Shown: positions 12,992-26,543, numbered from the stretch's first letter. The stretch: 64,000 bases of DNA from Octopus bimaculoides (GCF_001194135.2 NC_068981.1:134076715-134140714), one strand, 5' to 3'. Made by a program: numbers and translations. Notes: generated from the letters alone by a model not told the origin.

Positions 12992-13096
12992 TTTGCGGCT
13001 GAAGATAGCTTTAAACCATCCTTTCTCTCAATAATATACTCATATAATGATACAACGACAGTTTGTGTATAAAGCTTGAAACACGTGTACCACGGA
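12992..13096 (+). ncRNA. Type I hammerhead ribozyme with long stem II insertion
   Basis: TTTGCGG-CTGAAGA(12999-13005)-T-AGCTTTA...TAAAGCT-T-GAAAC(13078-13082)-ACGT-GT-A-CCACGGA. Canonical core, 7-bp stem II, palindromic ACACGTGT stem III, GUA triplet; stem I has one C-A mismatch at a likely decayed CpG. Confidence 0.75.
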
Positions 13097-13124
13097 ATCC
13101 TTTGTGTTCTGTTTTCATTTTACG

Positions 13125-13225
<101 letters not shown>

Positions 13226-13889
13226 GTATACATATACATACATACATATACCCACATACATATACATACATACATACATATATGCACACATATACATGCA
13301 TGCACATGTATGCATTTGCATGTCCATATATGTAGTATTAAATGATTGAGATCCTTAAAGTAAGATAGGGGGTAGCAATAGTAATTTAACTCTAGGTCTG
13401 TTCTGATAGAGTGGGCTTCTATGATGAAAAACATTCTGACTAAGATCATTTGTCATTTTTTTTTTGCATTAGGGGTCTACATTTTCCAATGCATCCTTCT
13501 TTATTTAAGATGTTAGGGTAGGATTTGAGGGCTCTATGGCTGTTATATTTAATCGGTTGAATGACTACTTAGAGGTCCATTCATTGTGAACTAATGTATC
13601 TTTAAAGTCATTTTTATGTATGTCATGACATTTTCATGTTCACTGGGTAAGACAGCTATATATTTAAACAATAGACTTTTCTATGGCTATCTTGGTGATT
13701 CTGTTGCTCATAGAGTAATTTATGTCATTTCTGAATCATCGTTTATCACCCAGTGTTTTGTTTCCTAGTTTCTAACTGATACATCTATCTAATGGTGTTT
13801 TTATTTAATTTCAACTGGATCCTTTATGTTCAATAGAAGAGTCCAGTCAGAAAGTTTGATCAGCTCATTCACCATAGGGGTGTAATATT

Positions 13890-14118
13890 TTAACTTTTTA
13901 GCATTCAGATTGTCCTGTCAAAAAATAATACTTATTAATTCATATTGTTTTCTTTTAATCAAGCATTATTTTATTGTTTCAAGATTCTGATGATGTGATT
14001 GCTTATTTTTAGACTGATATTGTAGGGTAGATGTGAGAGGCCAGATCTAGCCACATTGAACATAAAACATGTAGAATTATTTGGCCAGATATGGCCAGTT
14101 TAAATTCTAAAGGGCTAA
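13890..14118. mobile_element. piggyBac-type MITE (~225 bp)
   Basis: Same family as 32855-33081 and 57589-57815; consensus ends TTAA-CCCTTTAG...CTAAAGGG-TTAA. Confidence 0.75.
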
Positions 14119-14439
14119 ACCTTGTCATTTGTTTGAGAGTGAGGAAAGGAAGCAAAAACTGGTGTTGTTGCAACAACACAACCTTTTTCCTTCCTTTCCC
14201 ATACTTTCAGATGAAGGGCAGAGTCTGAAACTCTTTACATTTCACTATTCTGTCTTCTTGTGTTTTTATTCTATGTACTGTACATGTACTTTTGGCTTTC
14301 ATGGCTGTCTTTCTTTATTTGATTTATTGCTGCTTTCTGTCCCATCTATCTTCTTTTTCTGACAAGTTGTAGTGCACCTGAACTCTGTATACAATAAGTG
14401 ATGGGAAGCAGGAAGCTGAACTGGATGCTTGAGTTGCAG

Positions 14440-14680
14440 ATGCTGGCACAATAATGGTTTCAAAATTTGGCACCAGGTCAGCAATTTCAGGGGATGAGTT
14501 AAGTCAATAATATCGACCCAAGTGTTCAAATAGTATTTTATTTTATCGATTCTGAAAGGATGAAAGGCAAAGTCAACCTCAGGGACATTTGAACTCAGAA
14601 TGCAAAATCAAAATAAATGCTGCTAATCCTTTTTCCTAGTATGGTAACAATTCTGCCTGCTTGACACCTTATGGTGCTGG
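14440..14680 (-). mobile_element. SINE family B, decayed
   Basis: Similarity to other family B copies. Confidence 0.75.
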
Positions 14681-14849
14681 CACAATAAAGCACCAGCTCC
14701 AGCATTCGATCCTCAGAAGAAAGATAGTTGGTAAAAAAATCAAACTTGCCACCTTCAATTCGGTTTTCATGTCTCTCCTCGCTTGTGGTAATGAATGCTG
14801 GGTAATGACAAAAAGAAGGTGATTGCAAATGCAAGTGACCAAAATGGGG

Positions 14850-15200
14850 TTCCTCTGAAGGATTTCTGGAGTAATGTTACTTGACAGGATGAGTATCTCA
14901 GAGATCAGGGAGTTTATCCAAGTCTCTGCACTGAGAGGTCATAGGTACTGTTCTACAGACATGATTAGAATATCACAGGGAAGAATCCCAGGACAGATTC
15001 TTCAATCTGAGACATCTGGAAGGAGACCTCAGAGTAGACCAAGAATAAGATGGTAGCATGATATTCATAGTCTTAGGTGGTCATGCTTGGGAATCCAGCT
15101 AGAAAGTCTTATGATGGTTGTTTCTGATAGGACTCTATGGAGGAGAAGCCTGAGGACTCTACTGCCACAACCCTCTTAGAAATAATGGGTGAAGAAGATG
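14850..15200 (+). mobile_element. RTE-type LINE 3' end remnant
   Basis: GVMLLDRMSISEIRE...RIPGQILQSETSGRRPQSRPRIRW (cf. RTE C-terminal GKRPRGRPRTRW). Confidence 0.65.
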
Positions 15201-15868
15201 AATTATTATTACTAGCAAATCTACCCATCTACGATGGAGGCATAAAATGAAGGAGGGAAGTCATAACAGCAGTATGTATTAAGAAATGTGTAAATGGACT
15301 TGATAGATTACAGGGTGATGTCTTAGAGAAATCACACTATTGTTGGTGATGCAATATTCTATTGCAGCTATATGACATCTTTGCGACTAATTGATGTGAT
15401 GACAATTCACTCCCAAACTGAAATAAGCTCCCAGCCTCTGTTTCATGAATGGTTATGTGCACCACTCCTAATGAAATCTAGAGCTTCCTTCAACCACCAC
15501 ATAAAAAGTAATAAGGAAAAAATGTTAGATATACTTTTATTTTAGTTGTTTACACTATTTTACTTGTTTATACTCTTATACATTCAAAGTTCACAAATTT
15601 CCTTATTTAAATTATGTATCATATTCCTTTCGATAACATTGGTATGATTACAAAACTTTTTGCAGACGATATTTTCTGTTTGGTCGACACTAATTTTCAA
15701 ATTACTGGAGTTCGTTGCTCTACTCATAGCGATGTATAACTGGCTGTGTGTAAACATCGGAGTGGGTAAAAATACACCTACACGATCTAAAGTCTAGCTC
15801 TATGCTTTGTTTGCCGTGAATGCATGAGGGGAATCTTTAGGGATGCAAAAAATCAAACTAAGACTTAC

Positions 15869-15934
15869 CTCTCACTGTTCTATGTGAATAATATCTGGAT
15901 GTTCGGGTACCATGGGTTATTTTGATTGACAAAA
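15869..15934 (-). other. Candidate 66-nt exon (coding status unclear)
   Basis: Acceptor GTTTACATCTCAG and perfect donor GAG|GTAAGT. Open in phase 1 (LSIKITHGTRTSRYYSHRTVR); in phase 2 reads FVNQNNPWYPNIQILFT then stop. Surroundings retain CpG. Confidence 0.3.
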
Positions 15935-16264
15935 CTGAGATGTAAACAACAGCTGCTTCGATTAGCTGTTTTGAGTCCTGCTCAAGGCTGACACACTTCA
16001 ATAACCACTAAATAATCACACACACTATATACTGATACACACTTTTTCCATTTTATTTTCACTATTAACCATCCTCACAACCCCTTCTGTCTCTACTATG
16101 AGGCCATGAACTATACGATGAAAATCCTGAGTTATTTGTGGTCGGTGAATTTTTGATAAAAATGTAAAGGTGGTTTATCAATTCAAAAATTGATATCGGT
16201 AAATTTTTTGTGTAACACCTGCACGATTTTCCCTAAGAAAAAAAAAACTCAGATTTTTTGCATG

Positions 16265-16460
16265 GAATCAAGTACCCTGACCTCCTAATATGCTGCAAAT
16301 CCCTTGTTTTGGTTTGGAAAAAAAGTGGGGTGGGGCGAGGGGGATACCCCCCCATCCCGGAATCATTGGAAATTATTATTCTTTTTCGTTGAATGAATTC
16401 CTGTGACCTCCTAATATGCTGCAACCCCTTTTTGGGGTCCGAAAAATGAGGTGAGGTGAG
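16265..16460. repeat. Imperfect ~80 bp direct duplication (TGACCTCCTAATATGCTGCAA core), probably within an unclassified DNA element
   Basis: Core seen near 16278 and 16403, each followed by a purine/G-rich tract. Confidence 0.6.
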
Positions 16461-16494
16461 GTAGAATCCTCGGAAATATATATATATATATGAG

Positions 16495-16652
16495 GCAGGC
16501 TTCTTTTCAGTTTCTGTCTACCCAATCCATCCACAAGGCTTTGGTCGGCCCAAGGCTATAGTAGAAGACACTTGCCCAAGGTGCTATGCAGTAGGACTGA
16601 ACTCAGAACCATGTTATTGGTAAGCAAGCTACTTACCACACAGCCACTCCTC
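16495..16652 (-). mobile_element. SINE family A, 5' half
   Basis: tRNA-like head plus central domain. Other 5'-half copies lie at about 19018-19170, 24205-24345, 31908-32075, 33925-34050 and 38738-38895. Confidence 0.85.
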
Positions 16653-17272
16653 TTCAAACTATTTAATGAGTCAAGAGAAGAATGTTAATGACATTCTTAT
16701 TTGTGACCTTGTAATATTTAATCATAAATTCATATTCTTCATAACATTAATTCTGTTAATTGTGATAGACTGATTAACCAGTCTATCACAATAATTCATT
16801 TCTGAGCAACATATGTGCTGAGAAGAAAACATTCTACATGCTAAACTTCTCATTATTATTATTATTATTATTGTTGTTGTTGTTGTTGTTGTTATTAGTG
16901 TTATTCAGATATAAATTTAATTGTAATGATTTATATAAAACCCTAAAAATGAATCATTGACTTTGCCTGAGGTGAGTTAATATTTTTCAGGAGGGCATTA
17001 ATAATACGCATTAATACACAAAAATTTATGGAATATCATGCTGTATAAATCTTAGATGTTCCTGTATTTATCTTTACTTTTATCATTTACTTGTTTCACT
17101 CATTACACTGTGGCCATGCTGGGGTACCACCTGAAAGAATTTTAACTGAACAAATCAACGCCATTACTTATGTTTTAAAACTTGGTACTTATTTTATCAG
17201 TTTATTTTGCCAAACTGTTAAGTTACAGGTTGTCAAGTGGTCGTAGAGGACAAACACACACACATACACACA

Positions 17273-17311
<39 letters not shown>

Positions 17312-17335
17312 ACACATACATACATTTATATACAC

Positions 17336-17554
17336 ATGAGGAGGTGCTGAAAGGTTTTTGGCTTTAATGGTGTCATGAAAGGCCTGGCTGGAAGCCTAAA
17401 CTTCCAAGCTGTTTTACAGCACTAAGAAAAACTGAAGGACCACTGCAATAAATGTGTGAATCTGAGAGGGGAATGTGTTGAATAAAATCATAATTAACTG
17501 AGTCTCCTGTATTTTCTTTTACCCAGAGCCAGGAACTTTTCAGCATCCCCTCAT
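17336..17554. mobile_element. Mariner-type MITE
   Basis: Inverted ends ATGAGGAGGTGCTGAAAGGTTTTTGGCT / AGCCAGGAACTTTTCAGCATCCCCTCAT. Confidence 0.8.
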
Positions 17555-17579
17555 GTGTGTGTGTGCATATATACATATT

Positions 17580-17965
17580 TTGTTGTTGGCACTCTGTCGC
17601 TTACGACGTCGAGGGTTCCAGTTGATCCGATCAACAGAACAGCCTGCTCGTGAAATTAACGTGCAAGTGGCTGAGCACTCCACAGACAAGTGTACCCTTA
17701 ATGTAGTTCTCAGGGAGATTTAGCGTGACATAGTGTGACAAAGCTGACCCTTTCAACTACAGGCACAACAGAAACAGGAAGTAAGAGTGAGAGAAAGTTG
17801 TGGTGAAAGAGTACAGCAGGGTTCGCCACCATCCCCTGCCAATAATCTGTGCAGATTTAGGTGTTTTCGTTCAATAAACACTCACAACGCCTGGTCTGGG
17901 AATCGAAACCGTGATCCTATGACCGCGAGTCCGCTGCTCTAACCACTGGGCCATTGCGCCTTCAC
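17580..17965 (-). mobile_element. SINE family C, well preserved
   Basis: Head GGCGCAATGGCCCAGTGGTTAG (A box) and GGTTTCGATTCCC (B box); CpGs largely retained. Confidence 0.9.
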
Positions 17966-17989
17966 ATATACATATATACATATATATAA

Positions 17990-18022
<33 letters not shown>

Positions 18023-18024
<2 letters not shown>

Positions 18025-18908
18025 AGGTGTTTCAAAATATTTGATATAATTTTAGATGTAAATATCACAAACTACAGAGTCAAAGCACATGAAACTAAAC
18101 AGGCTTAATGTTGAGCAACATAAGATTTATTCCTCCAAATTTGAATGAGAAATTCAAAGGTATGTGGATTCCATGAATGATTTCACAAATGTTCAGTATG
18201 TGCACTGCCTGAGACATGGCACACATCAAGTCGGTAGTCCAGCTCCTCCCAAACACGCTGCAACATGTCTTGGGTAACAGTCTCCTGTGCAGTAGTGATT
18301 CTCTGCTCGAGTTCCTTTAGGTTTGCAGGAAGAGGGTGGACATAGACCAGGCCCTTCATATAGCCCCATGTTTGCACTTTCACTTGTCATCTGCTGTAAC
18401 GGCCTGAACGAGCTGCAGCTTGTAGGGTTTCATTAGCAAGCGTTTCCTCAGGACATGCTAAACTATCATTGGAGGAATCTGGGTTTCCAGACTTGTTCTT
18501 CTTGTGGACTTCATGGGGCTTCGCAAAAGTTTTTGGCGAACCCACTCAACTGTCTCTTCTGATGTTAGTGGTCATCCAGATCCTTTTGCACAGCACAGAC
18601 AGCCTTCCTCTTTTAATTTTTTTGTGCTGTGTCCAAATCTGCATTGCCATTAGTGACTTTTTAGAGAACTCTCTTACAAATGCACGCTGCACAGTCCTAT
18701 TCGACTGTGTTCGAGCATACTCCAACACACAAAACGCCTTTTCTCTTCCAGTGAATGCCATTTCTATACCTGAAAAGATAAATATATCAAACATTAAACA
18801 TAAAATTTTGACCTGTTTCTACACATGCTGTTAAAGTTTGAGGTCACTTGAATAAGAAATGGCAAAGTTATTAGATTGTGAAATAATATCAGATTTTTTT
18901 ATATACCC

Positions 18909-18912
<4 letters not shown>
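18023..18912 (-). mobile_element. Internally deleted Tc1/mariner-superfamily element (maT/DD37D-like, DUF4817-type N-terminus)
   Basis: TA-flanked inverted ends (CAGGGTATATAAAAAATCTGATAT / AGGTGTTTCAAAATATTTGATAT). N-terminus MAFTGREKAFCVLEYARTQSNRTVQRAF and C-terminus WGYMKGLVY...LKELEQRITTA...VWEELDYRLDVC...AHTEHL; catalytic middle missing. Confidence 0.88.
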
Positions 18913-18953
<41 letters not shown>

Positions 18954-18963
18954 NNNNNNNNNN

Positions 18964-19005
<42 letters not shown>

Positions 19006-19414
19006 TGTACATACACAATGGGCTTCTTTCAGTTTCTGGCTACCAAATCCACTCACAAAGCTTTGGTTAGCTTGAGACTGTAGTAGAAGATGCCTAAGGT
19101 TCCACACAGTAGGACTGAACCCAGAACCATGTGAGTTGAAGCAAACTTCTTACCACATACCCAAGCTTGCACCATGGGGAGATATATTTAATGATTTTAG
19201 CATTATAAAATCTCCTAGTTGTTCACCACCTAGTTACCTTCCATTGTTGTAGTTGTTCTTGTTGTAATAGTTGTTGTAGTTGTGATATTTTTTCTTTATC
19301 TTATGGTCAGGAAGGAAGGCACGGTCCATGACCTTTTACTGGGTCTCTAAGACAGGTTGGATGGAAGCAGGGAGGAAGGTATCATCAAACCAGAGACTTG
19401 GTTTGAGCACTTAC

Positions 19415-19510
19415 AACAGAGTGGATTCCATGAAAGGCATCCAAGGGCCAGATGGTGGTGTTGAATCGCCTTGTTGTACTGGGTACTTGTAGTAATCGTT
19501 ATTATAATTG
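19415..19510 (-). CDS. Candidate internal exon of unidentified minus-strand host gene (96 nt, symmetric)
   Basis: Strong acceptor TTTTTTTTTTCCTCAG and donor TT|GTAAGT. Phase-2 frame NYNNDYYKYPVQQGDSTPPSGPWMPFMESTL; a phase-1 frame is also open. Confidence 0.6.
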
Positions 19511-19794
19511 CTGAGGAAAAAAAAAATGGGTATCATGTACCATCAAAAGTGATAGTTATATCATATCAGTTTATTGCAATGTTCATTTTTCTCTGATGGT
19601 AACAACACATTCTGATCTTTTAAATATACTATCTACATAAAAATATGAAAGATTCAATGTTTTCAAATTGTGCACCATGGTCACTATATGGACAAAGAAA
19701 ACTATGAAAACTACTGTAATCCATAATTTCAAAAGATCACTCTAAAATATCTTCATCGTCACCACCACCACTCCCATCATCATAATCATCATCA

Positions 19795-20215
19795 TCATCA
19801 TCATCATCATCGTTGTCATCATTTAACATCCATCTTCCATGCTGGCATGGATTGGACAGTTTGTCAGGGCCCAATGAGCCAGAGGACTGCGCCAAGCTCC
19901 AGTTTTTGATTTGATGTGGTTTCTATAGTTCAGTGCTCCACAACTGGTATGCTGCAACACACTGGTGTACCACGAGATGATGCTAGGTGTGCCACAGTGT
20001 AACCTGAATGTAATTATTTTCCCAATACTTTTAGTTATATTTCTTAGTTCAGGTGTGCTACCAAATTTTGAAAAGAATATAAGTGTACCACAAGTGAAAA
20101 AAGGTTGCAGAGCACTACTATAGCTGAATGCTCTTTCTAACACCAACCACTTACTTCACACAGTGCACTATTCTGGGTGCTTTTTACATGACACTGGCAT
20201 TAGAGAGGTCACTAA
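19795..20215 (-). mobile_element. SINE family D ((GAT)n tail, GGAAGGGCATCCAGC motif), interrupted by a hAT MITE
   Basis: Sequence is continuous across the MITE. Other copies lie at about 21225-21450, 44505-44720, 48050-48240 and 49960-50180. Confidence 0.75.
19931..20117. mobile_element. hAT (Charlie-like) MITE, 187 bp
   Basis: TIR CAGTGCTCCACAAC / GTTGCAGAGCACTA; 8-bp TSD CTATAGTT / CTATAGCT. Confidence 0.85.
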
Positions 20216-22029
20216 GTAACTTAAAAGAAATTGTAAATTAGTGAAGTTGTTTCATTTACTTTTTATAATAAATAATAAGCTGTTCTAATACAAGTCAGCA
20301 CACATGTGCTCAAGTCTCTTGTGATCTCCCATAATTCTGCTGTTAGTAATTAATGCAACAATACAAGATAATTACAAGATGTCTAATACTACAGTGATTT
20401 TTATAATATGCTCAAAGGCATAAGCATTGTAAATGTATGAAATTATAAATTGAAACTAGAGCATGGAATTAACTTGCCACAACCTTGTTGTTATTCCATA
20501 GTGAATGTCACATATTTTAACATCTGGCCACCAATAAGTAATTAATATTCAGTTTGAATCAACATTTTTCACTTACAACCAAATATATTTGCATATTGAG
20601 AACTTAGTATTGGCCCATGATACTTGCAATTAATAAGTGCATCACACTTAATAGCCACAATAATTATTTGAATTTCATAATTAATTGAAGTGTTAGCCCT
20701 GTGTTCTGTTTAAGAAAGACTAATGTATAAATGCAAATTATGATGAACTAGAATGTTGCCTGTCATATGAACGGTGACTTTGGAAGTATACTTTTGTCAC
20801 CATGGATAATATCAGGAAATATGGCATACGCACAATAATTATAATTTAACTTTTATGACATTTCTAGGATCTTATATAAAATGATGACCTGACTACTAAA
20901 AGATTTGAAAGAAAAATATTTGTTATCTTAAAATAAAATTAAGTAAAACAAATTTCTCTCACTACTACTCCCCTCACTACTATTCTCTCATTTTCTCCTC
21001 CTCCTTCTTCCTAATCCTCTTCCTCCTCTTCCACCTCCTGTTCATCTTCCACTTCCTCTTCTTCTTCTTCCTCCTCCTCCACCTCCTCTTCTTTCACATG
21101 TGATCTCTGTAATCTGCAAAATTTACACGTGACATATTAACGTTACAAGTATTCGGTATTCATATACATACATACATATGCACACACTCACACACACACA
21201 CACACACACACACACATCATCATCATCATCATCCTCATCATTATTGTCTTAAAGTCCACTTTTCCATGCTTAGTTTATTGAGGCAGATTTTCTGCAGACA
21301 GATGTCCTTCCTGTCACCAACCTTTATCTGTTCTGAAGCAAGGTAATATTTACCCATAGCCAAGCATGTTTTTGCAGAATACTGAAAATGAATAGTGCTA
21401 CTTCTATGACATTGACACTCATTCACAACTATCACATGATTTCAAGAATAGGCAGTGCAAACACATACATGCATGCATATGTATGTATGTATTGGGTTAC
21501 ACCATAAATAATGCAGCTTTTTTCNNNNNNNNNNNNNNNNNNNNNNNNNNNNNNNNNNNNNNNNNNNNNNNNNNNNNNNNNNNNNNNNNNNNNNNNNNNN
21601 NNNNNNNNNNNNNNNNNNNNNNNNNNNNNNNNNNNNNNNNNNNNNNNNNNNNNNNNNNNNNNNNNNNNNNNNNNNNNNNNNNNNNNNNNNNNNNNNNNNN
21701 NNNNNNNNNNNNNNNNNNNNNNNNNNNNNNNNNNNNNNNNNNNNNNNNNNNNNNNNNNNNNNNNNNNNNNNNNNNNNNNNNNNNNNNNNNNNNNNNNNNN
21801 NNNNNNNNNNNNNNNNNNNNNNNNNNNNNNNNNNNNNNNNNNNNNNNNNNNNNNNNNNNNNNNNNNNNNNNNNNNNNNNNNNNNNNNNNNNNNNNNNNNN
21901 NNNNNNNNNNNNNNNNNNNNNNNNNNNNNNNNNNNNNNNNNNNNNNNNNNNNNNNNNNNNNNNNNNNNNNNNNNNNNNNNNNNNNNNNNNNNNNNNNNNN
22001 NNNNNNNNNNNNNNNNNNNNNGAATGCAG

Positions 22030-22075
<46 letters not shown>

Positions 22076-22077
<2 letters not shown>

Positions 22078-22352
22078 GACAGGCTTCTTTCAGTTTCCGT
22101 CTACCAAATCCACTCCCAAGGCTTTGGTCAGCCCAAGGCTATAATAGAAGACACTTGCCCAAGATGCTACGCAATGGGAATGAACCCGGAACCATGTGGT
22201 TGGTAAGCAAACTACTTACCACACAGCCACTTCTGCGCTTACTTCACTCCCAAGGCTTTGGTTGGCACAAAGCTATAGTATCCAAGGTGCTACTCAGTGT
22301 GACTGAACCGCAAATCATGTGGTTGGGAAGCAAGCTTCTTACCACACAGCCA
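22076..22352 (-). mobile_element. SINE family A 5' half with tandem duplication of the head
   Basis: Head segment present twice in tandem. Confidence 0.8.
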
Positions 22353-22480
22353 TGACTGTGCTTATATACATAATATATATAAATATAAAAGGAGAAAAAG
22401 AGAGAGAGATGTCATGTGTTTGTATGAGTGTGTATACACATGCCTGCGTGTCTGTATGCATACGTGTCTGTCTAACATAC

Positions 22481-22545
22481 AAAAGAATGAAAATGATTTC
22501 TGAGCATAAAAACAATTTTTCTACCAAATTCTTATTCATGGTTAC
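22481..22545 (-). CDS. Candidate internal exon of unidentified minus-strand host gene (65 nt, phase 0 to 2)
   Basis: Acceptor TTTTTAACTTTCAG, donor TT|GTATGT. The only open frame is VTMNKNLVEKLFLCSEIIFIL, with phases matching the flanking candidates. Confidence 0.45.
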
Positions 22546-23124
22546 CTGAAAGTTAAAAATTACTTAAGTTGTTTCATAGTTAAGTATGTTGAGGCAAGTA
22601 ATAATTTTTTGGCTGTTGCTACAAATTTATACCTAAAATTATCATCTGCAGCACATCCTTGAAATATTTTCTTTCACAAACACTGAACTTCAAGTTCTTG
22701 GCTTCCAAACTTGCATATATGTACAGTGGTAGACTTTGCCATATTCAGAAACCAAAAATATCTTTCAACCTTTTAAACATAATTGACCTTTCTCACCCTA
22801 CTTCACTTTAAGCTCTCCTATCCACTCAGACTTGTTCAAGTTGCTTTTATAACACTGCCCTTCTTTCTATAAATATATATATATGGCATAATATTTTCTA
22901 TGTATATTTATATAAATATGATTGTAGATGTGTAATTGCTGAGTGTGTACAACATCAATTCTCAAACAGTGCTCTGCATCACACTGGGATGCTACCACAG
23001 GGGTCAAAGTGCATCACAGATTTAAAAAAAAATTTAATTTAAGGTTTAAGAAAATCCATGCTAATATGCCTCTTAAGAAATATTTTGTTTTCTATAATTT
23101 TCTTATGTACAAGTATGAATAATT

Positions 23125-23340
23125 CTTTCTAACTTTGGCACATGACAGATATTTTAAGAGGAGGGGAAAGTTAATTATGTCAACCTCAGCATTTGACTGG
23201 CACTTTATGTTATCGACCCTGAAAGGATGAAAATCAAAGTTAGACTCAGCAGAATTTGCACACAGAACATAAAGAACCAGAAGAAATGCTGCTTAGCATT
23301 TTATCCAACATGCTAATAATTCTTCCAGCTGGCTGTCTTA
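23125..23340 (-). mobile_element. SINE family B, decayed
   Basis: Similarity to other family B copies. Confidence 0.7.
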
Positions 23341-23701
23341 GATACAAATATGATCATAAAACAAGGCATGCAATTATTTTCTATATTTTAACCTAAATTT
23401 TAAGGTTTAAAACATAGATTCATTTTTAACTTTCCAACTGAAACGCACCAATAGTTCTTGTTCTTTTTTTAACCTACAGTACATTATAAAGTGAAAAACA
23501 TTGAGAACCACTCTTATAAGGTACTGAACAACTATTTCATGCAGTCTTTGGTTTAAATCCATGTCAGGTTTCATTGCATGTTTAACTCTCACACTCTCAT
23601 CTGTTTCTAAATCTCCAAGTATTGCGCAAAGTTAATGTAAAGACATACATATACAAATGCATATATATATGTATGTGTGTGTGTTTGTACATGTATATAT
23701 G

Positions 23702-23771
<70 letters not shown>

Positions 23772-25404
23772 TACATATATATATATATAAGACAAGAAAT
23801 AATTTTTGCCTCTTTTTATGGAAACAAAAAGGGTTTATAGGACTGCAAGAAAGAAGTGCTCAAAGGAAATTGAGACAGAGACAAAAAAAACATTGATTAG
23901 AGAACAAACATGAAATTCAGATCAACAACTTTATATAACACCATGCTTCCATACATTTCATCGTGTGTGTGTGTGTGTGTGTGTGTGCGCGTGCGTGCGT
24001 GTGTGAATTATTTATATATAAAAAAAAAAACAACGTATTAATAAGATGCTCAGAAAAGGAAAAAAGGGTGTTTTATGTTTCGAGCAAAGCTCTTCTTCAG
24101 AAACAGAAAACAGAGGAAAGTCCCAGAGAAAAGGAAGATGGAGGAAAAAAATCACCAATAGTCCACATGTGATTACATCTGGGAATATTTATATATATAT
24201 ATGTAAATGGCATGATTCTTTCAGTTTCCAGCTACCTAATCTGCTCACAAGGCTTTGGTCAGCTAGGGGTTATAACAGAAGACACTTGGACAAGGTGCCA
24301 TGTAGTGAGACTGAACCAGAAACTTTGTGGTTTGAGAACAACCACATTTCAGGTTACTCTGAAGACATAGACAGCATACAAGTAACAAACAGAGTTAAAG
24401 ATATTTATAAGGGAAGCACTTCATGTAATTTCATCATCAACGACATCCAATGCTTTTTTTTCACAGCTCCATTGAGAGAAATAACTACCTGTCACTTAAT
24501 GGTAGACATCAATAAATGATTCATTAACACACACATACACATTCACAAACATACATAAGCACACACACATATATATATATACATATGTATGTATGTATGT
24601 ATGTATAATGATAGTTACTTTATGTTTTGTGATAAAGAGTATAAGTTTATTTTCTGCTTCTTGTTTCTCAGTCCAGCATTTACCTTCATTGTATTTTGGT
24701 ATAAAGAAAAATTGATTTACAATAACGATGATGATAATGATGGTAATGAAAATAATGATTGTTATCGAAAACTGTTTAGTATTCAGAAAAGTATATGTAG
24801 AATAACAGCACCGGCTTTTATATAATAAGAACAGTGAATTTATTAAGATGGCATGACAGTTAAATTGCACCATTTCTAGTGAAGATTACAGTTCTTTTGG
24901 CTGCCAATAACATTGTCTGAAGAAAGTACAGCCATAGTCTGTAATAAATACCTCCATTCTCTTGTCTATTGATGAGAGGTAAGTTTGTCTGTTAGGTTTC
25001 TACTCAAGTGGTCTGTGTTGCAGAATCCAGGAAACACAGTTGAATCGGAAGTAGTTTAGAGTATTTTAAAGTTGGCACCAAATCAGGAGTAATAAAAATC
25101 TATCACAGATACACATATAGGATTGCTATGACAATTGTAGGTTTCCCAATTGGTTATTGATCTCTTTTTGCAAAGAATAGGAACTCTACTTTTCTTTTAG
25201 TTTTTCCATTGTGTCAATGTACTTGGAATATAGGTTGCAGAGCACTTTACTCTATTAATATATATTTTTGCATCTTGTTTCAGGAAAGTTGCTTACAAAT
25301 TCCATTGAATTAGTAACTTATCTGATGAAATATTAGTCTATATCATACTTTTATTTTTCACAAAAGACAAATACTTTCCAAGACTGTGGAAGTACATGTG
25401 TATG

Positions 25405-25406
25405 TT

Positions 25407-25454
<48 letters not shown>

Positions 25455-25493
25455 AGAGAGGGAGAGGAGACAGAAAAGAGAGAGCGAAAATGT

Positions 25494-25529
<36 letters not shown>

Positions 25530-25566
25530 CGCGTGTGTGCATTATTGTTTATAAAATATTCTGACC

Positions 25567-25654
<88 letters not shown>

Positions 25655-26171
25655 GTATGTATACACACATACATGCAATATTAAATATACATACATATAT
25701 GTAGAGAGAGAGATAAATAGATGGATATAGATATAGATATATATAGATATATACATGTATGCATATATATATATATATATATATACATATATNNNNNNNN
25801 NNTATATATATATATATACATATATATATACACATATATATATATATATATATACATATAAATACATACATATATATTACTTTTGTTTCATTTAGAATAA
25901 CTTCTAAACTTTCCATACCATATACTCCCTCGCTTAAAGAATTTTACTCTTATCCTGTCCTCCCACTCAGTCATATATCTCTGTTATTTACCTACTCATT
26001 TCAGTCTATCAATCACACCTTTTTCACGTTCTCATATTTATCTAAGCTACCTTTCTTCTCCATCTCTCTCACTCTTTCTCTCTCTCTCTCTTTCTCTCTC
26101 TCTCTCCTTCTCTCTCTCACTCTTTCTCTTTCTCTCTCTCTCTCTCCCTGTATGTGAGTGTGTTTGTGAAC

Positions 26172-26203
<32 letters not shown>

Positions 26204-26501
26204 ACATATGTACACATACACATATGCACGTAGATACACACATACATACATATACACACATACATACATACACATATATACATGTATAAATATACACACA
26301 CACATGCACACATATATAGACAGTTATATCAGAGAAAAATATATTTATATATGTAGATATGTACTTATATATATATGTGTGTGTGTGTGCGTGCCTGTAT
26401 ATATATATGTGTATGTATATATATATATATGCATGTATATGTACATATATATGTATATATATATATAAATGTATTATATGTGTGTGTGTGTGTGTGTATA
26501 C

Positions 26502-26538
<37 letters not shown>

Positions 26539-26543
26539 CATAC
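25405..26543. repeat. Compound microsatellite block (AG, GT, AT, CT, CA, CATA)
   Basis: Direct reading; source of many spurious ORFs. Confidence 0.95.

Noticed and set aside
14208-14240. CAGATGAA-GGGC-AGA-GTCT-GAAAC hammerhead-like string
   Set aside because: Core mutated, and no convincing stem I or stem III/NUH; at best a very old relic.
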